DNA of 64,000 nucleotides, from contig OX597842.1 in NCBI GenBank assembly GCA_951406725.2, forward strand, positions 23,808,001-23,872,000, read 5' to 3'. The translations under genes and the position numbers were made by a program. The first letter of the stretch is position 1. Each line of letters begins with the position of its first letter. Positions 12,494-25,425 of the stretch are shown piece after piece. The notes under the pieces were generated by a model. That model did no database searches. It saw only the letters and a program-made list of their open reading frames with translations, and had not been told where the DNA came from. The stretch is from Octopus vulgaris. Its lineage: Eukaryota.

Positions 12494-13522
12494 TAGCCTT
12501 TTTGAGAGAATGATTTACCACAGATATCACAAAGTTATGGTTTCTCTCCAGTATGAACACGCTTATGTATTGTTATGCTAGCTCTATAAGAGAATGATTT
12601 ACCACAGATATCACACTGATATGGCTTCTCTCCTGTATGAATACGCTTATGTATAGATATACTAGCTCTATAAGAGAAAGACTCACCACAGATGTTGCAC
12701 TGGTACGGCTTTTTTCTAGTATGAACTCGCTTATGTGTAGTTAATTCACAATGTCTAATGAAAGATTTACCACAGATATTACAATGATAAGATTTCTCTC
12801 CTGTATGAATAAGTTTGTGACTAGTTAAATTGCTGTTACAAGAGAATGATTTACCACAGGTATCACACTGATATGGCTTCTCACCTGTATGAATACGTTT
12901 GTGTGCTTTCAAGTTATTAGATTCGGAGAATGATTTACCACAGATATCACACTGATATGGTGTCTCTCCTGTATGTGTACGTTTGTGTTTAGTCACGACG
13001 CTCTTTTGAGAGAATGATTTACCACATATCACACTGATATGGTTTCTCACCTGTATGAATACATTTGTGTATTTTCAAGTGCCCATCTTCAGAGAATGAT
13101 TTCCCGCAGGTATTGCAAAGATATGGCTTTTCTCCCGTCTGTGTACGTCTGTGTCTAGTTAAGTTACCACTTTGAGAGAATGATTTACCACAGATATCAC
13201 AACAATATGGCTTCTCACCTTTATATGTATGTTTGTGTTTAGTCAAGTGACAATTTTGAGAAAATGATGTACCACAGATATTACAATGATATAGCTTCTC
13301 ACCTGTATGAATACGTTTGTGACTAGTTAAAACGCTATTTTCAGAAAATGATTTACCACAGATATCACATTGATATGGTTGCTCTCCTGTATCAATATTT
13401 TTTCTTGTAATTAATTTATTCATTATGAGAGAATAATTTGTCATACATATCGTAGTGATAGTGTTTTTTCCATTTCTATGAATATGTTCTATAAATATGT
13501 GCTGTTGTGTTACTATTTTCAC
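12494..13522 (-). pseudogene. C2H2 zinc-finger gene, frameshifted (about 11 fingers)
   Basis: ORFs 13019-13522 and 12535-13050 carry consecutive [14 protein letters not shown] fingers joined by a frameshift near 13025 (CDMW). Stop at 12535; final finger split by the SINE-A dimer. Acceptor-like TTTCTATTTCAG near 14168. Confidence 0.8.
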
Positions 13523-14400
13523 AGAATAATTCGATGCTATGTTTCTTTCACCTGTGATCTTACTTCATATTTAAAACAGCCAATGTAAACTGTCAACTCC
13601 TTTGGAAAGTTATCCAAGCTTAATTAACCTGTAAAGTGATATTGCTGTTCTATCATTCAGAAGAAATATATTCCTGCTCTTTTCATAGATTATCTATTAT
13701 ATAAAATCCATTCTGTGTGTCTTCTAGGATCTCGGGCATCCTCCATCCAATTGCGCTCAAATTTGATATGTAGATACCGAAGGTATCAGGACGTGTATAA
13801 GTCTTGAAAAAATTACAAAAATCGATCGATAAAGCCGTGCGTTGCGATCAATACTATGCATACGTGAGAAAAATGCACGGTGTCTCAAATTTAGTTTAAA
13901 TCAGTGTTTCTCAAAGGGGAGGCCTATGGGACGGTCGGACAAGTTGTTTTGAGAAAATTTGGTTTAAATGTTTGACAACTCAGCACCGTCCATTGGACGT
14001 TGTGGGGGGTGGGTGAAGTTTTGCTCGTATTTATATAAAGAGGTTGATGTATTAATGAATGCTCCTTATAAATATATCATATTCCATTCGTTGGTGAAAG
14101 TTGATAAAAATATCAGAGGCACATCTGAATGAAGAAATTTCTTTTATGTCAACATGATGTGATATTCTGAAATAGAAAAAAAGAAGCAGTGAGATAAAGA
14201 GAATCATTAAACAACATAGTAATTCAACATTGCAAATCTTACAACATCAACACTGTTTTATTGTGAATTATTGTGAATTACAACAAAATGCATTTTGCTT
14301 TCGGATTTGGTTTGCAAGATTCTTTATATGAGTTTGTGTTGAAGCATGTTCTATTGTGTCTGGGGAGAGTCATTTTCTTTTTGTGTCTTATAATCTAATA

Positions 14401-14776
14401 CAAGTAGCTGGATCTGAGAAAGATCGAACCAATGTCGTAATTCTATGGCTTTAATTGATTATTTGATGATCTGTATTTCGTTGTTTGGGGAGAGTCATTT
14501 TCTTTTGTGCCTTATAATCTAACACACTCACCGGTAAAATTTCCACTTATTTCTTATTTTCATTTTCCGTTTGAAAAGGTTGCAAGATGCAACGGGAAAT
14601 TTTAGAAAAATAGAAATAAGAAATAAGTGGAAATTTTTCTCGGTGAGTGTGTTACATTATAAGGCACAAAAAAAGAAAATGACTCTCCCCAGACAACGAA
14701 ATACACATCATCATATATTCAATGAAAGCCATACAACAACGATACTGGTTCGATCTTTCTCAGATCCAGCGACTTG
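14401..14776. mobile_element. foldback MITE with TA TSD (Tc1/mariner-like)
   Basis: TA|CAAGTAGCTGGATCTGAGAAAGATCGAACCA ... TGGTTCGATCTTTCTCAGATCCAGCGACTTG|TA; arms ~165 bp. Confidence 0.75.
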
Positions 14777-15001
14777 TATTGCTTTGTGTTCTCGCCGTGG
14801 ATTGTTGAACAATTCTCAAATATGTCCAGGGCGAAACTCGATTCAAAATAACTCAAACATTTTCTCTCACTTTTCATTCATTGTTCGTAGTGTGATCCAC
14901 TTATAATTATGAAATTCTTTCTTGAAATAAACTTGTTGGATCTCTATCATTTCACGAACATCAAATAGGAAATTATACTTCTAATATACATATATTATCT
15001 G

Positions 15002-15184
15002 TTTCTTTATTACCCACAAGGGGCTAAACATAGAGGGGACAAACAAGGACAGACAAACAGATTAAGTCGATTACATCGATCCCCAATGCATAACTGGTGC
15101 TTATTTAATCGACCCCGAAAGGATGAAAAGCAAAGTCGACCTCGGCGGAATTTGAACTCAGAACATAACGGCAGACGAAATACG
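15002..15184 (-). mobile_element. 3' part of SINE-A split by Tx1 LINE insertion
   Basis: B-box through tail of SINE-A; the matching head lies at 20524-20575. Confidence 0.85.
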
Positions 15185-15424
15185 AATTTCTTTATTGCCC
15201 ACCGGGGTCCAAACATAGATATGGACAGTACAACTGATGGGATCAGTGAATCGATATGATTTTACATAAATGTGACTTTAAAAATAAAATACAATACATA
15301 AAAAATCGAATGGAATACACAGTACAAAAACAATACAAATGAAGCGATGATCAAGTTACGCTCCGATCCCACAAGCCCTGATCTACCGCTGAAACCTTTT
15401 TATTTTCCCTTTTTTTCCGTCTAT

Positions 15425-18400
15425 TCACACGGTTCCTTGCACGCACAACACTCGTGCAACATGCTTCCGTCTCTTTTGGAACGTACACTCCGACAGACAC
15501 CTCTTCTCCAGCCACAGTTTCCTTTTCAAATGAAAAGAAAAAAAAGGATCGTAAATTGTGACCAGAGATAAAGTTGCCTGTCTTAATTCCTTTTATCCTA
15601 GTCTTCCATACTGCCTCTTTTGCTATTGCTACAACTGTGAGAAAACAATTCTTACCTTCGTTCATTAGAACTCCCGGTGGGTCAATTTTTACAATTGACA
15701 CAGTCGACAGCCGTACTCTTCCTTCGCCGGACAACAGGTGTTCAGCATAAGCCCACATTTCAGTTATCTCCGGTTACTGAACAATAGCGTGAGGGACGGT
15801 TTACCTGCCCCCCCCCCCGCATCTTGGACAGGTCGGCAACTGACGTTTACCATGTCTTGCAAGCTAATCCCAAATGGGCAAGGCACCTCTGTGGCATTGC
15901 CAGGTTAAGGACTTTTGGAAGTTGTCCAACGTTCTCAACCCGAATGTACGATGAAACAAGCTGTCCAGTTGAATAAATCTGAGACCTAGAGTCGACCCCA
16001 GGCCATCGTCGCATTCAGACTCTACCAACCCACTATATAAAATCCGTGTGGAACCCCCACCACTGGCGTTGCCCGAGCGCCGGAACAGCAAGAGGGCCTT
16101 ACGGCACTCTTTATGCTACTCACTCGACCTCAGTCTACGAGAACACCAGGCTTCCTGTTCGCAAAAACTCTTGAACTCAGGGAACATTTGTCTGGCTAGC
16201 AGAGACCACGCCCGTTCACTATCCAGGAGAATCCAGAGGTGCCTCAACCTCAACGCATGTCTGCGCATCATTAACCAAGGCATCCCTAAACCTCCCTTTA
16301 AAGGCTTTTGACAGCTGACAGAGCGTTTCACAAGTGGCGACCTGCCCTTCCACAAAAAGCGAAAGAGCTGTCTCTCCAACCTGATCAACCACGAATCTGG
16401 ACAGGGCACGACGGTCAGGTGGTAGGTAATGACCGATGCGATAAACACATTGGCCACCTCCGCCCTCCCCTTCAGGGATAGCCACCGCCAAGACCAGGTC
16501 TTGACTACTGCAGCCACCCTGCTCAATACCTCCGTCCAGTTCTGGAGGCCTGGTCCAAACCAGACTCCCAGCAATTTAACCGGTCCCTCCGTCCAGCGCC
16601 CAACAACGCTGTCTGAAGGCATCGACTTGCCAAACCAGGTGCCGAGCTGCAAGCCGACCGACTTTTCCCGGTTAATCTTTGCTCCTGCTACCTCCTCGTA
16701 AGCCTCAATAGTCTTACCTACTTCACGTAGGCGTGCTACTGTGGTTACACTAATAGTGATATCATCCGCGAAAGCCGTAATAAACTCCTCTAGTCCTGGT
16801 TCTCTCGGGATGCCACTCAACCTTCGCAGTAATGGCTCGAGAGCCATCACATACAAAAGTGGTGAAAGCGGACATCCTTGACGAACCGAGCGTTTGATGT
16901 AGAACGGCTTCGAAAGGAAACCGTTCACCCGAACTATCGAGTCAATGTTGTGGTACAAAGCGATAAACCACCTGAGGAAGCCAAGACCCAGGCCAAACCG
17001 CGCAAGTACAGTCGCTAGGTATCGATGGTCAACCCTATCAAAAGCTTTAGACTGGTCCATGCACCAATGCCCCACCTTTGCCAGATTTATTACCAACCCT
17101 CGCTATGGTATAGCGAATAAGATGGAGGGTATCCTGAATGGTTCTGCCTGGGATGGCACATGTCTGTGCCTCCCCGACTATACCATTTGCGAAACGCGCC
17201 AACCTTTTTGCTAGAACCTTGGCCAAAATCTTCACTTCTGCGTTTAACAGAGTGATGCGCCTGAAATTTTCTAGAACGTCCCCCTTGTCCGGTCCTTTCT
17301 GACCAACGTCACTACTCCCTGGCGCACAGATCTGGGGATAGACCCATTCTGTTTCCAGTTCACGTACACGTCAGTCAGTAGTTGCCCGAACAAGTCTGGC
17401 ATACATTTATACAGCTCGTACGGAAGACCATCAAGCCCTGGTGACTTACCCGCTTTATAATCAGCCAAAGCCTCCATCACCTCCTCAGGTGTGATTGGCC
17501 CTTCGCAAGACTCCGCATCCGACCCCGAGAGGCACGGCAGCCCGGCAAGAATGTCCTCGAGGGCTCTCCCACCACCAGGACAGCCGTCACCCCCGAACAT
17601 CTGGGCGAAGTACTCCCGAAAGACCTCACACATTTTCTCGGGTTCGTTTACCAAGACACCATTTTGATTCGTCAAAGACCGAATAGAGGAACTATTTCCT
17701 TGCCGAGCTCCCACCACTCGGGCCCATCCAGCGGCCTTGATTCCTTCACTTCCCATTGCACGTAACTTAGCTCTGGCAATACTTCCCATGTGGTGGGCTT
17801 CAAGATGCTGGTTTAACTCCAGTCTTTTCACCCTTGCTTGGTCTGCATTACCAGTCCTCCAGGCTTCTTCTAGTTCCTTAACTAGACCATCTCCTATTTT
17901 ATGTCCCTTCTTAGCTAAACTTATGCTAAACCTAATAGACTCATATTTGATGGCTCTTTTTAGGGCGTACCACCATTTGTTATTAATGATGGTACCTGTA
18001 AATGCCCTCTGTATTAACATCTTGATCCGCTTTCTGTACTCCTCAATCGCCAAAAGGGACGTATTGAGTTTCCAGTAGCCAGATCCCTGTCTATGCAACT
18101 TATCTACCGTCAGTTTACAGGTAACCATCTTGTGGTCACTGTAGCTGACTAGAAAAAACTGTGGACACTCAACTATGGACTTATCTTTTTCTCTAATTAA
18201 AATCCTATCTAGATATGTTCTGGTAGACCCATCACTATTTGACCACGTCCACTGTGAAGTGTTCGGGTGCTCCAACCTATATGGATCTGCTAGCTGAAAT
18301 TGACTTAGCAGATCACGAAAGCCTGGGTTACACTTTCTGTTCATGTTCGAGCTCGAGCCAACACAATCTGTGTGTGCTGCACATATTGTATTAGAGTCTC

Positions 18401-18805
18401 CTAACACTACTAGTGAATGCGACGTGGCTAGGAACTTTCCCAGGTCACAAAAATATTCAGTTTGCGGGCCAATAATGTTTGGTGTGTAAATAGCGACCAG
18501 CCTGATTGTCTTGCCACAACTGAATGTCAAGTCGAGAACGACCAGCCTGCCTTCTGGGTCTACCAACTTTTTCTCGGCTACCGGTTTCTTTTTAGTAGGA
18601 CCAACACCCCACCTCCTGCCCGACTCGGAGAAACGTATTTCTCGTAGCCGTTCAGGAGGGGCAGCAGACCTCTTGGCCCCTTCACCCGGGTTTCCGTTGC
18701 AACAATTACATCCAAATTTTTCGACCTGATATCATTTAGAAAGCGTCCTTGCTTCCAGCTTGACAACAGGCCACGAACATTTATACAACCAATGTGAATA
18801 GACAT
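15425..18805 (-). pseudogene. Tx1 ORF2 (AP endonuclease + reverse transcriptase), multiple frameshifts
   Basis: [72 protein letters not shown] spread over ORFs starting at 18805, 18566, 17235, 17096, 16091 and 15758. 3' end approximate. Confidence 0.88.
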
Positions 18806-18819
18806 AACTTACCTGTTTA

Positions 18820-20345
18820 ATCAGGATTGTCCGGTGGAGAGGAACCCTCCACCTTTTTTTGATCCAGGGTCGGAGGTGGACGGTCTTGGGAAATAGATTT
18901 GTCAAATCCCGTCTCACCACCGACACAGAATTATCAGGTGGAGGGGGAATCTCCACCTTTTCCTTTTCTCGCGGGATCGGGGCTGGTAATCCATGAAATA
19001 TCGACTTGTTAAAATCTAATCTCAATGAAGATACTGTCTTTCTGTATCTGTTTTGTAAAATTCTATGAGTCTTATTTGAGACTTCATATATGTCGTAATT
19101 GATAAATTCCTCTGAAAGGTTATCTATTTTTGTTACAGTCTTTATCAGTTGAATGTCTCTCATGAGCTCAGTATTTTTAGTATATACGGCTATTATGCCT
19201 TTTTCTTCTTTTTCTCTTCTGGCAGTCTTTTTTGGTCATTGTTCTGTAGTAGTCGCCGCTCTCGGCTGAGTTGCTGGTTGTATTTTCTTTTTGTTTGTTG
19301 TTTTTTCTCATCTGTTTCTTCTTTTTCTTCTTCCTCTTTGTCTTTTTTCTCCTCTTCCTCCTCTTCTGCATTTTCCTTGCAGCTCCTTCGAATGTGGCCT
19401 AATTGACCACATAAAAAACATCGAGGTTTTCGGCCCTCAACAAACACCACGAGGTTCTCCTCCCCTACCTCAATTTTCTCGGGAATTGCTTGAATTATTT
19501 TAGGGTCCGCTTGAATGAGAAGATTAATTGTTTGACCATCCCAGTGTGGGTTTTCCGTAGCGGTAGCCTGGAGGAAAGTAATTTTTTCTTCCTCTTTGAT
19601 TAGGACTGCCGCCAACAACCACATAGGATCCACTTCCGGGGGGACCCTTGTAATTTTTTATTCTGGACGTTCTCATCCCCATATAATAGGGGATGAGCTC
19701 CACGTCGTTCGTTTTCAGCGTTTCTACTGAGTTCTTGTGTGCTATTTCTTTATTGGTGAACCTTACTTCCACCGTTCCGAATTTCTTGCCTCTTCTCAGA
19801 TAAACTACGTCGCCCCATATTGGCTTTAAGCACTTTTCTATTTTCTCTTCTGACATTCTTTCAATTTTTCTTTTTTGTAGACAATATGTTTTGAAAATTA
19901 TTGTTTTTTGCTTTTCTTCTTGTAATAACTTTTGCGGAGGTTCAATTTTCACAACGTTGCCAGTTATTTTCATCATTTGGCTGTATTTCATAAAGTCGCT
20001 TTTATTCGTTGACAGCAGCCGGGTTCCACCCCCAGCAGCCAACGCAAAACTTTTTTTCCCATTTTTTGGTTCTGTCTGGATGCTAGGTACATCAATTATT
20101 CTTTTTGACACAATGCCTTTGTTCTCTGGCAAAGTCGGAAACTCTTCTGGTGAAAGTTCTGACGAGCTTTCAGACACATCTCCAAAAAAATCAAATATAT
20201 TATCTATTCTGCTATTCTTTCTTGTAGCGGGGGAAACCCTTATTTCCCTGTCTGTAGTTGGCTCCTCGCCGGACATGTATTTCCTCCTCTCAACAGGAGA
20301 AACAAGTATTTCTGCTCCAACGGTAGACTCCATGCTAGACGACAT
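18820..20345 (-). pseudogene. Tx1 ORF1 (gag-like, CCHC zinc knuckle), frameshifted
   Basis: ORFs 19524-20372 and 19193-19633 with RCFLCGQLGHIRRSC (CX2CX4HX4C) and an E/K-rich tract; located upstream of ORF2. Confidence 0.75.
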
Positions 20346-20523
20346 TCTTCCCCCCAAAGGGGGAATGAACAACGCGTGCTACTACAAGCACTAAGTGTTT
20401 TCAAATGAGAACTCCAACAGTTAAGTTATTCAACAGTTTAACAAGAAACAACAGTTATTAGAAACAGCAGTTATTAACAATATTAACACCAAGAAGCAAC
20501 AATTTTTACCACGAACATATGTG

Positions 20524-20575
20524 CGGCAGACGAAATACGCCCGACGTGCTATAACATTTCTGCCAGCTCGCCGCC
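20524..20575 (-). mobile_element. 5' head of the split SINE-A
   Basis: Minus strand GGCGGCGAGCTGGCAGAAATGTTATAGCACGTCGGGCGTATTTCGTCTGCCG. Confidence 0.85.
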
Positions 20576-20599
20576 TTGTGTAATATTAGTCATGAGAAG

Positions 20600-21085
20600 G
20601 AAACAGGTTGTCAACAGTGAAGGCATCCAATTAACAGATGGCCAGACATTAAAATCATAGAAAGGGGGAGAGAGTTATAAGTATCTAGACGTATTAGAAT
20701 CTGCCAGAGTACTATCTACAGAAATGAAAACGAAAATTGAGAAGGAGTACATCAGAAGGGTGAGGAAGCTAATGAAATCAAAGTAAATGGTTCGAATCTA
20801 GCGAAGGCCGTAAATACTCGGGTCGTATCATTACTTAGATATTCAGCAGCTTTTGTAGATTGGGGATAACTGAATTAGCAAAGCTTGACAGAAGAACTAG
20901 GAAGGAATTCAATATGAATGGAGGACTCGACCCAAGGGCAAGAATAGCAAGATTATACATACCTAGAAAGTACAGAAGAGGGTTAATATAAGCAGAAGGC
21001 TGCTTGGAGTTTGCTCGAGTAGATATAGACTCCTTTATAGGAAATAGTGAAGAAAGTTTATTAAGAGCTGCTAGAGTCGTAAGCA
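20600..21085 (+). mobile_element. decayed R4/Dong-like non-LTR retrotransposon RT fragment
   Basis: Manual translation across frames: YKYLDVLE..EMKTKIEKEYIRRVRKLMKSK/NGSNLAKAVNTRVVSLLRYSAAFVDW/ELAKLDRRTRK..LYIPRK..RGL. Confidence 0.65.
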
Positions 21086-21963
21086 TATCATAGAATTATG
21101 AAAACAAATTTAGTAATTATCTCTCTTTTCATTCTTAATATCATTAATTCACTTACCTTTAAGGTTCATGACTGTTACAGAGTTTGTTAAGTAAACTTCC
21201 CTTTTAAACTGGACATATCTCACTGGAAACAATATCTTCTGCCTTTTAATATTTCTTTTTTTCCAGTTTCGATAAACAGGATTACTTTTATTCCTTTCTA
21301 TTCTCTTCGTTCCGACAATTTAAGAATAAACTTGGGATATTTCACAGTTCAAGCTTCAAGAAGATGATATGTCCTTAAAACAATATCTTCAGATTTTTTA
21401 CTCTCATATTAAGATAGATGTACAACTTGAACTTTCTTTCCCTCTGACTCTAGAATTTGCCCGCAGGTTATTTCGCTTATATTGTTGTTGTTTTCTTTCC
21501 AAAATACTTTTCTTTCATGATTATTTATAAATTATCAGTTTCACTCTCAGCTTCGTTACTTTTCCAATCAATGACCGCTTCTATTGACCCGTCTCCGCAA
21601 CAATACCTCTTGAAACAAGCTGCCTGTATTTATAAGCTTAGCAATATACCGATAGCTTTCGATTAATTTGTTTTGCCTTTTGACCTGGATATATCATATT
21701 TAATGTTGTTGGATGAAGTGCGGTCAATCATAACAAGCAGAGATTTAAGACCTTGAATTAATGAAGGCTTGTTCATGTTTGTATTTCGATGTCAAGCGGA
21801 TATTCATAATGTCTTTTGAGAAAAGTATGGATGTTAACTAACAAACTTCACTGTTAGCACTAAATTGACCTTCGATCGATAAATTGACCTTTGATTGATA
21901 AAGCTGCTAATAAAATATTAAAGTTGATTCACATTGACGTATCCTACAAACTTTAAACATATG

Positions 21964-22125
21964 GGCGCAGGAGTGGCTGTGTGGTAAGTAGCTTGTTTAC
22001 CAACCACATGGTTCCGTGTTCAGTCCCACTGCATGACACCTTGGGCATGTGTCTTCTACTATAGCCTCGGACAGACAAAAGCCTTGTGAGTGGATTTGGT
22101 AGACGGAAACTGAAAGAAGCCCGTC

Positions 22126-22198
<73 letters not shown>

Positions 22199-23762
22199 GA
22201 GAGAGCTGTGTGTGCCATGTACAGGGACGCTGTTAGTAAGGTGAGGGTTGGCAACGAGTACAGCAAAGAATTCCGGGTGGAGGTTGGGGTCCACCAAGGC
22301 TCAGTCCTCAGCCCCCTCCTATTTATCATAGTCCTCTGGTGCAATAAACACTGAAAGTGCGCAGAGACCATCTTCCGTCACATTCCAGGGAGAAAAACTT
22401 GAAATAGTTGATAGTTTCCGTTACCTAGGTGACCAAGTCAGTAGCGGGGGTGGGTGTGCCGAAAGTGTAACTGCTAGAGTAAGAATAGCCTGGGCAAAGT
22501 TCAGAGAGCTCTTACCTCTGCTGGTGACAAAAGGCCTCTCGCTCAGAGTAAAAGGCAGACTGTATGACGCATGTGTGCGAACAGCCATGCTACATGGCAG
22601 TGAAACATGGGCTGTGACTGCTGAGGATATGTGTAAGCTTGCAAGAAATGAAGCCAGTATGCTCCGTTGGATGTGTAATGTCAGTGTTCATACCAGACAG
22701 AGTGTAAGTGCCTTGAGAGAAAAGTTGGACCTAAGAAGCATTAGATGTGGTGTGCAAGAGAGGCGTCTACACTGGTATGGGCACGTAGTAAGAATGGATG
22801 AAGATAGTTGTGTGAAAAAGTGCCACACCCTGGCGGTTGAGGGAACCTGTGGAAGAGGCAGACCCAGGAAAACCTGGGTCGAGGTGGTGAAGAACGACCT
22901 TCGCTCTTTAGGTCTCACCGAGGAAATGACCAGAGACTGAGACCTTTGGAAGTATGCTGTGCGTGAGAAGACCCGGCTGGACAAGTGAGGCCATAACCCA
23001 TGGCCCCTACCTGGAACGTAGTCAGTGCACCTATGCACACCTTCCTTCTTGGGACACATAACTCTACTTGTGAAGACCTGTTGAGGCAAGTGAAAATGGA
23101 CAAAATCAAAAGCAAACTCGATGAACATTAATGGAATTTGTAGTTTTGTGGTACCAGTGCCGGTGGCACATACGAAAACCATCCGAACATGGCCGTAGCC
23201 AGTACCGCATTGACTGGCCTCCGTGCCGGTGGCACGTAAAAAACACCATCCGAGCGTGGCCGTTCGCCAGCCTCGTCTGGCACCTGTGTCGGTGGCACAT
23301 AAAATCACCCACTACACTCTCGGAGTGGTTGGCGTTAGGAAGGGCATCCAGCTGTAGAAACACTGCCAAATCTGACTGGCCTGGTGCAGCCTTCGGGCTT
23401 CCCAGACCCCAGTTGAACCGTCCAACCCATGCTAGCATGGAAAGCGGACATTAAAAGATGATGATGATATATATATATACGACGGGCTTCTTTCAGTTTC
23501 CGTCTACCAGAAGCCCGGCGTATATATGTATATATATATATATATGCGTGTGTGTGTTTGTGTGTCTGTGTTTGTCCCCCTAGCATTTCTTGACAACCGA
23601 TGCTGGTGTGATTATGTCCCCGTTACTTAGCGGTTCGGCAAAAGAGAACCGATAGAATAAGTACTGGACTTACAAAAATAATAAGTCCCGGGGTCGAGTT
23701 GCTCGATTAAAGGCGGTGCTCCAGCATGGCCGCAGTCAAATGACTGAAACAAGTAAAAGAGT
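21964..23762 (+). mobile_element. SINE-B interrupted in its internal (TA)n by an RTE insertion
   Basis: 5' half 21964-22130, 3' half ~23510-23762, short inverted SINE piece 23478-23508. Confidence 0.75.
22197..23466 (+). mobile_element. 5'-truncated RTE-clade LINE
   Basis: [58 protein letters not shown]; 3' UTR with ~62-bp repeats and (GAT)n tail; internal deletion near 22337. Confidence 0.85.
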
Positions 23763-24202
23763 ATATCACTCGTTAAAAAATAATAATCATGAATAACAAA
23801 TAAAGTAGAATTAAAAGTCTAAAATATTTTTGAAATGAAGGACAAATGAGAAAGGATTTGGGGTAGAGTCAGCAGTTTCAGAGAAGTGTATGACCTCTTA
23901 ACGGAAGGCAGCTTGGAAATTTGACATTGAAGGTTGCTGTTGTTTAGCCACAGGTTTCATTGAGCCTCGATTGAGTAGTTCTTTCTTAGTCAGAGAACTG
24001 CAGCCATTATCATACCATATTCAGACCGTGTGTTATAAGAACCACATTATCCAAACGGTTTTTATAAACGGTGAAGCGTTTCGTCTGATAAATATTTAGA
24101 GGAGATTATATTTTGAGCAACTGTTCAGAGATTAGTCTCCCTCCTTTGTATGTAATATAATAATGTATGGCGAAAGAAGACACCCAAACCAAGTAGATGA
24201 TT

Positions 24203-24505
24203 GTTGTTTTCCTTCTCGAGCCATGTCTGGCTCATAAGGGCTGGTTTCCCCGGTTTCTTGGCGTATATGTTCCCCACCTGGACGGGACGCCGGTCCTTCA
24301 TGGGTGAGCTGCAAGATGCAAGAGGAAAGAGCGAGAGAAAATTGTGGCGAAAGAGTCAGCAGAAGTTTTGCCATTATCTTCTGCCGGAGTCGCGTGAAGC
24401 TTAGGTGTTTCACTCATGAACACACATATCGCCCGGTCTGAGATTCGAACCCGCGAACCCTCGACCGCGAGTCCGCTGCTCTAACCATAAGGCCATGTGC
24501 CTCCA
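24203..24505 (-). mobile_element. tRNA-derived SINE family C with 13-bp TSD
   Basis: Minus-strand head GGAGGCACATGGCCTTATGGTTAGAGCAGCGGAC..GGTTCGAATC; TSD CAAGTAGATGATT at 24190-24202 and 24506-24518. Copies at ~46735-47038 and ~56612-56860. Confidence 0.85.
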
Positions 24506-24684
24506 CAAGTAGATGATTACTTTTCAAAACAGTTAGGTGCAGATTAATAAACTTAATGTAACACCAACAAGTGACTTGTCTTTACTTGAAACTGCACCCA
24601 TAATTAAGAGCCAAGCTGTCCATCGTGATGCACATCTACACGTTCCACTTATCAAATGTATCTATGTAGATGTTTTATTTCAAA

Positions 24685-24991
24685 CTAGCAGTATCGCCCG
24701 GCGTTGCTCGGGTTTGTAAGGGAAATAACTATATAAGCATTTTTAGAGAGTTACTTCCCTTATATAAACCGAGCAAAAATCATTAAAAATGCGGAAAAAT
24801 GATGGTAAATATATTTTTAAATCGTAGACTCATTGTAGACGTGCGCTAATACCCAGAAGAGCTCGATATGAATGACGACTATAAGATACCCGCTTCTGGT
24901 TAAACTGCACCGCAAAATGTGGGAGTAGTTAGGAATCTAAATCGTAGGAGGCAGAGTTTCACACACACAACTTCAATTTTATATATAAAGA
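24685..24991 (-). mobile_element. non-autonomous Helitron-like element
   Basis: Minus strand A|TCTTTATATATAAA ... CCCGAGCAACGCCGGG hairpin ..CTAG|T, no TSD. Confidence 0.7.
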
Positions 24992-25425
24992 TGAGAGAGT
25001 CAGGCAACTTATTGAAAGTCCTGAAATTTTATATTAAACCGCAGCATTTCTCAATACATATCTACAACCTAATTATCATTCAAAATGGCTTAGCCTTACT
25101 CTAGGAAATTTCAACTTGACTGAGATGCAAAAGAGATATTTTCATCAAACTTGGCATGAAGGAAGGAAAGACTATTTGGTTTCTCAAGAAGTCTTTTTTT
25201 GCCTTAACTTTCTATCTTTATTTCTTCTTTTGCTGGTGTCTCAAATTTAGGCTAAATCAGTGTTTCTGAAAGGGGAGGCATATGAGACGGTCGGACAAGT
25301 TGTTTTGAGAAAATTTGGTTTAAATGTTTGACAACTCATCACCGTCCATTGGACTGGGGCGTTTTGCTCGTATATATATATATATATAACCTAATGAGTA
25401 TATATATATATATATATATATATAT

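Larger units (their letters stand above)
15185..20523 (-). mobile_element. full-length Tx1-clade (L1 group) LINE with 16-bp TSD
   Basis: TSD CGGCAGACGAAATACG at 15169-15184 and 20524-20539; ORF1 plus APE-RT ORF2 remnants; 3' end ..GTGGGCAATAAAGAAATT. Confidence 0.9.

Noticed and set aside
21100-21900. Possible minus-strand exon ending at a GTAAGT donor near 21155
   Set aside because: No recognisable protein motif or supported long ORF; cannot be called from sequence alone.
24430-24505. tRNA-like sequence (also heads of SINE-A and SINE-B)
   Set aside because: Continuous with a SINE body and TSD; no clean cloverleaf, so not called as a tRNA gene.
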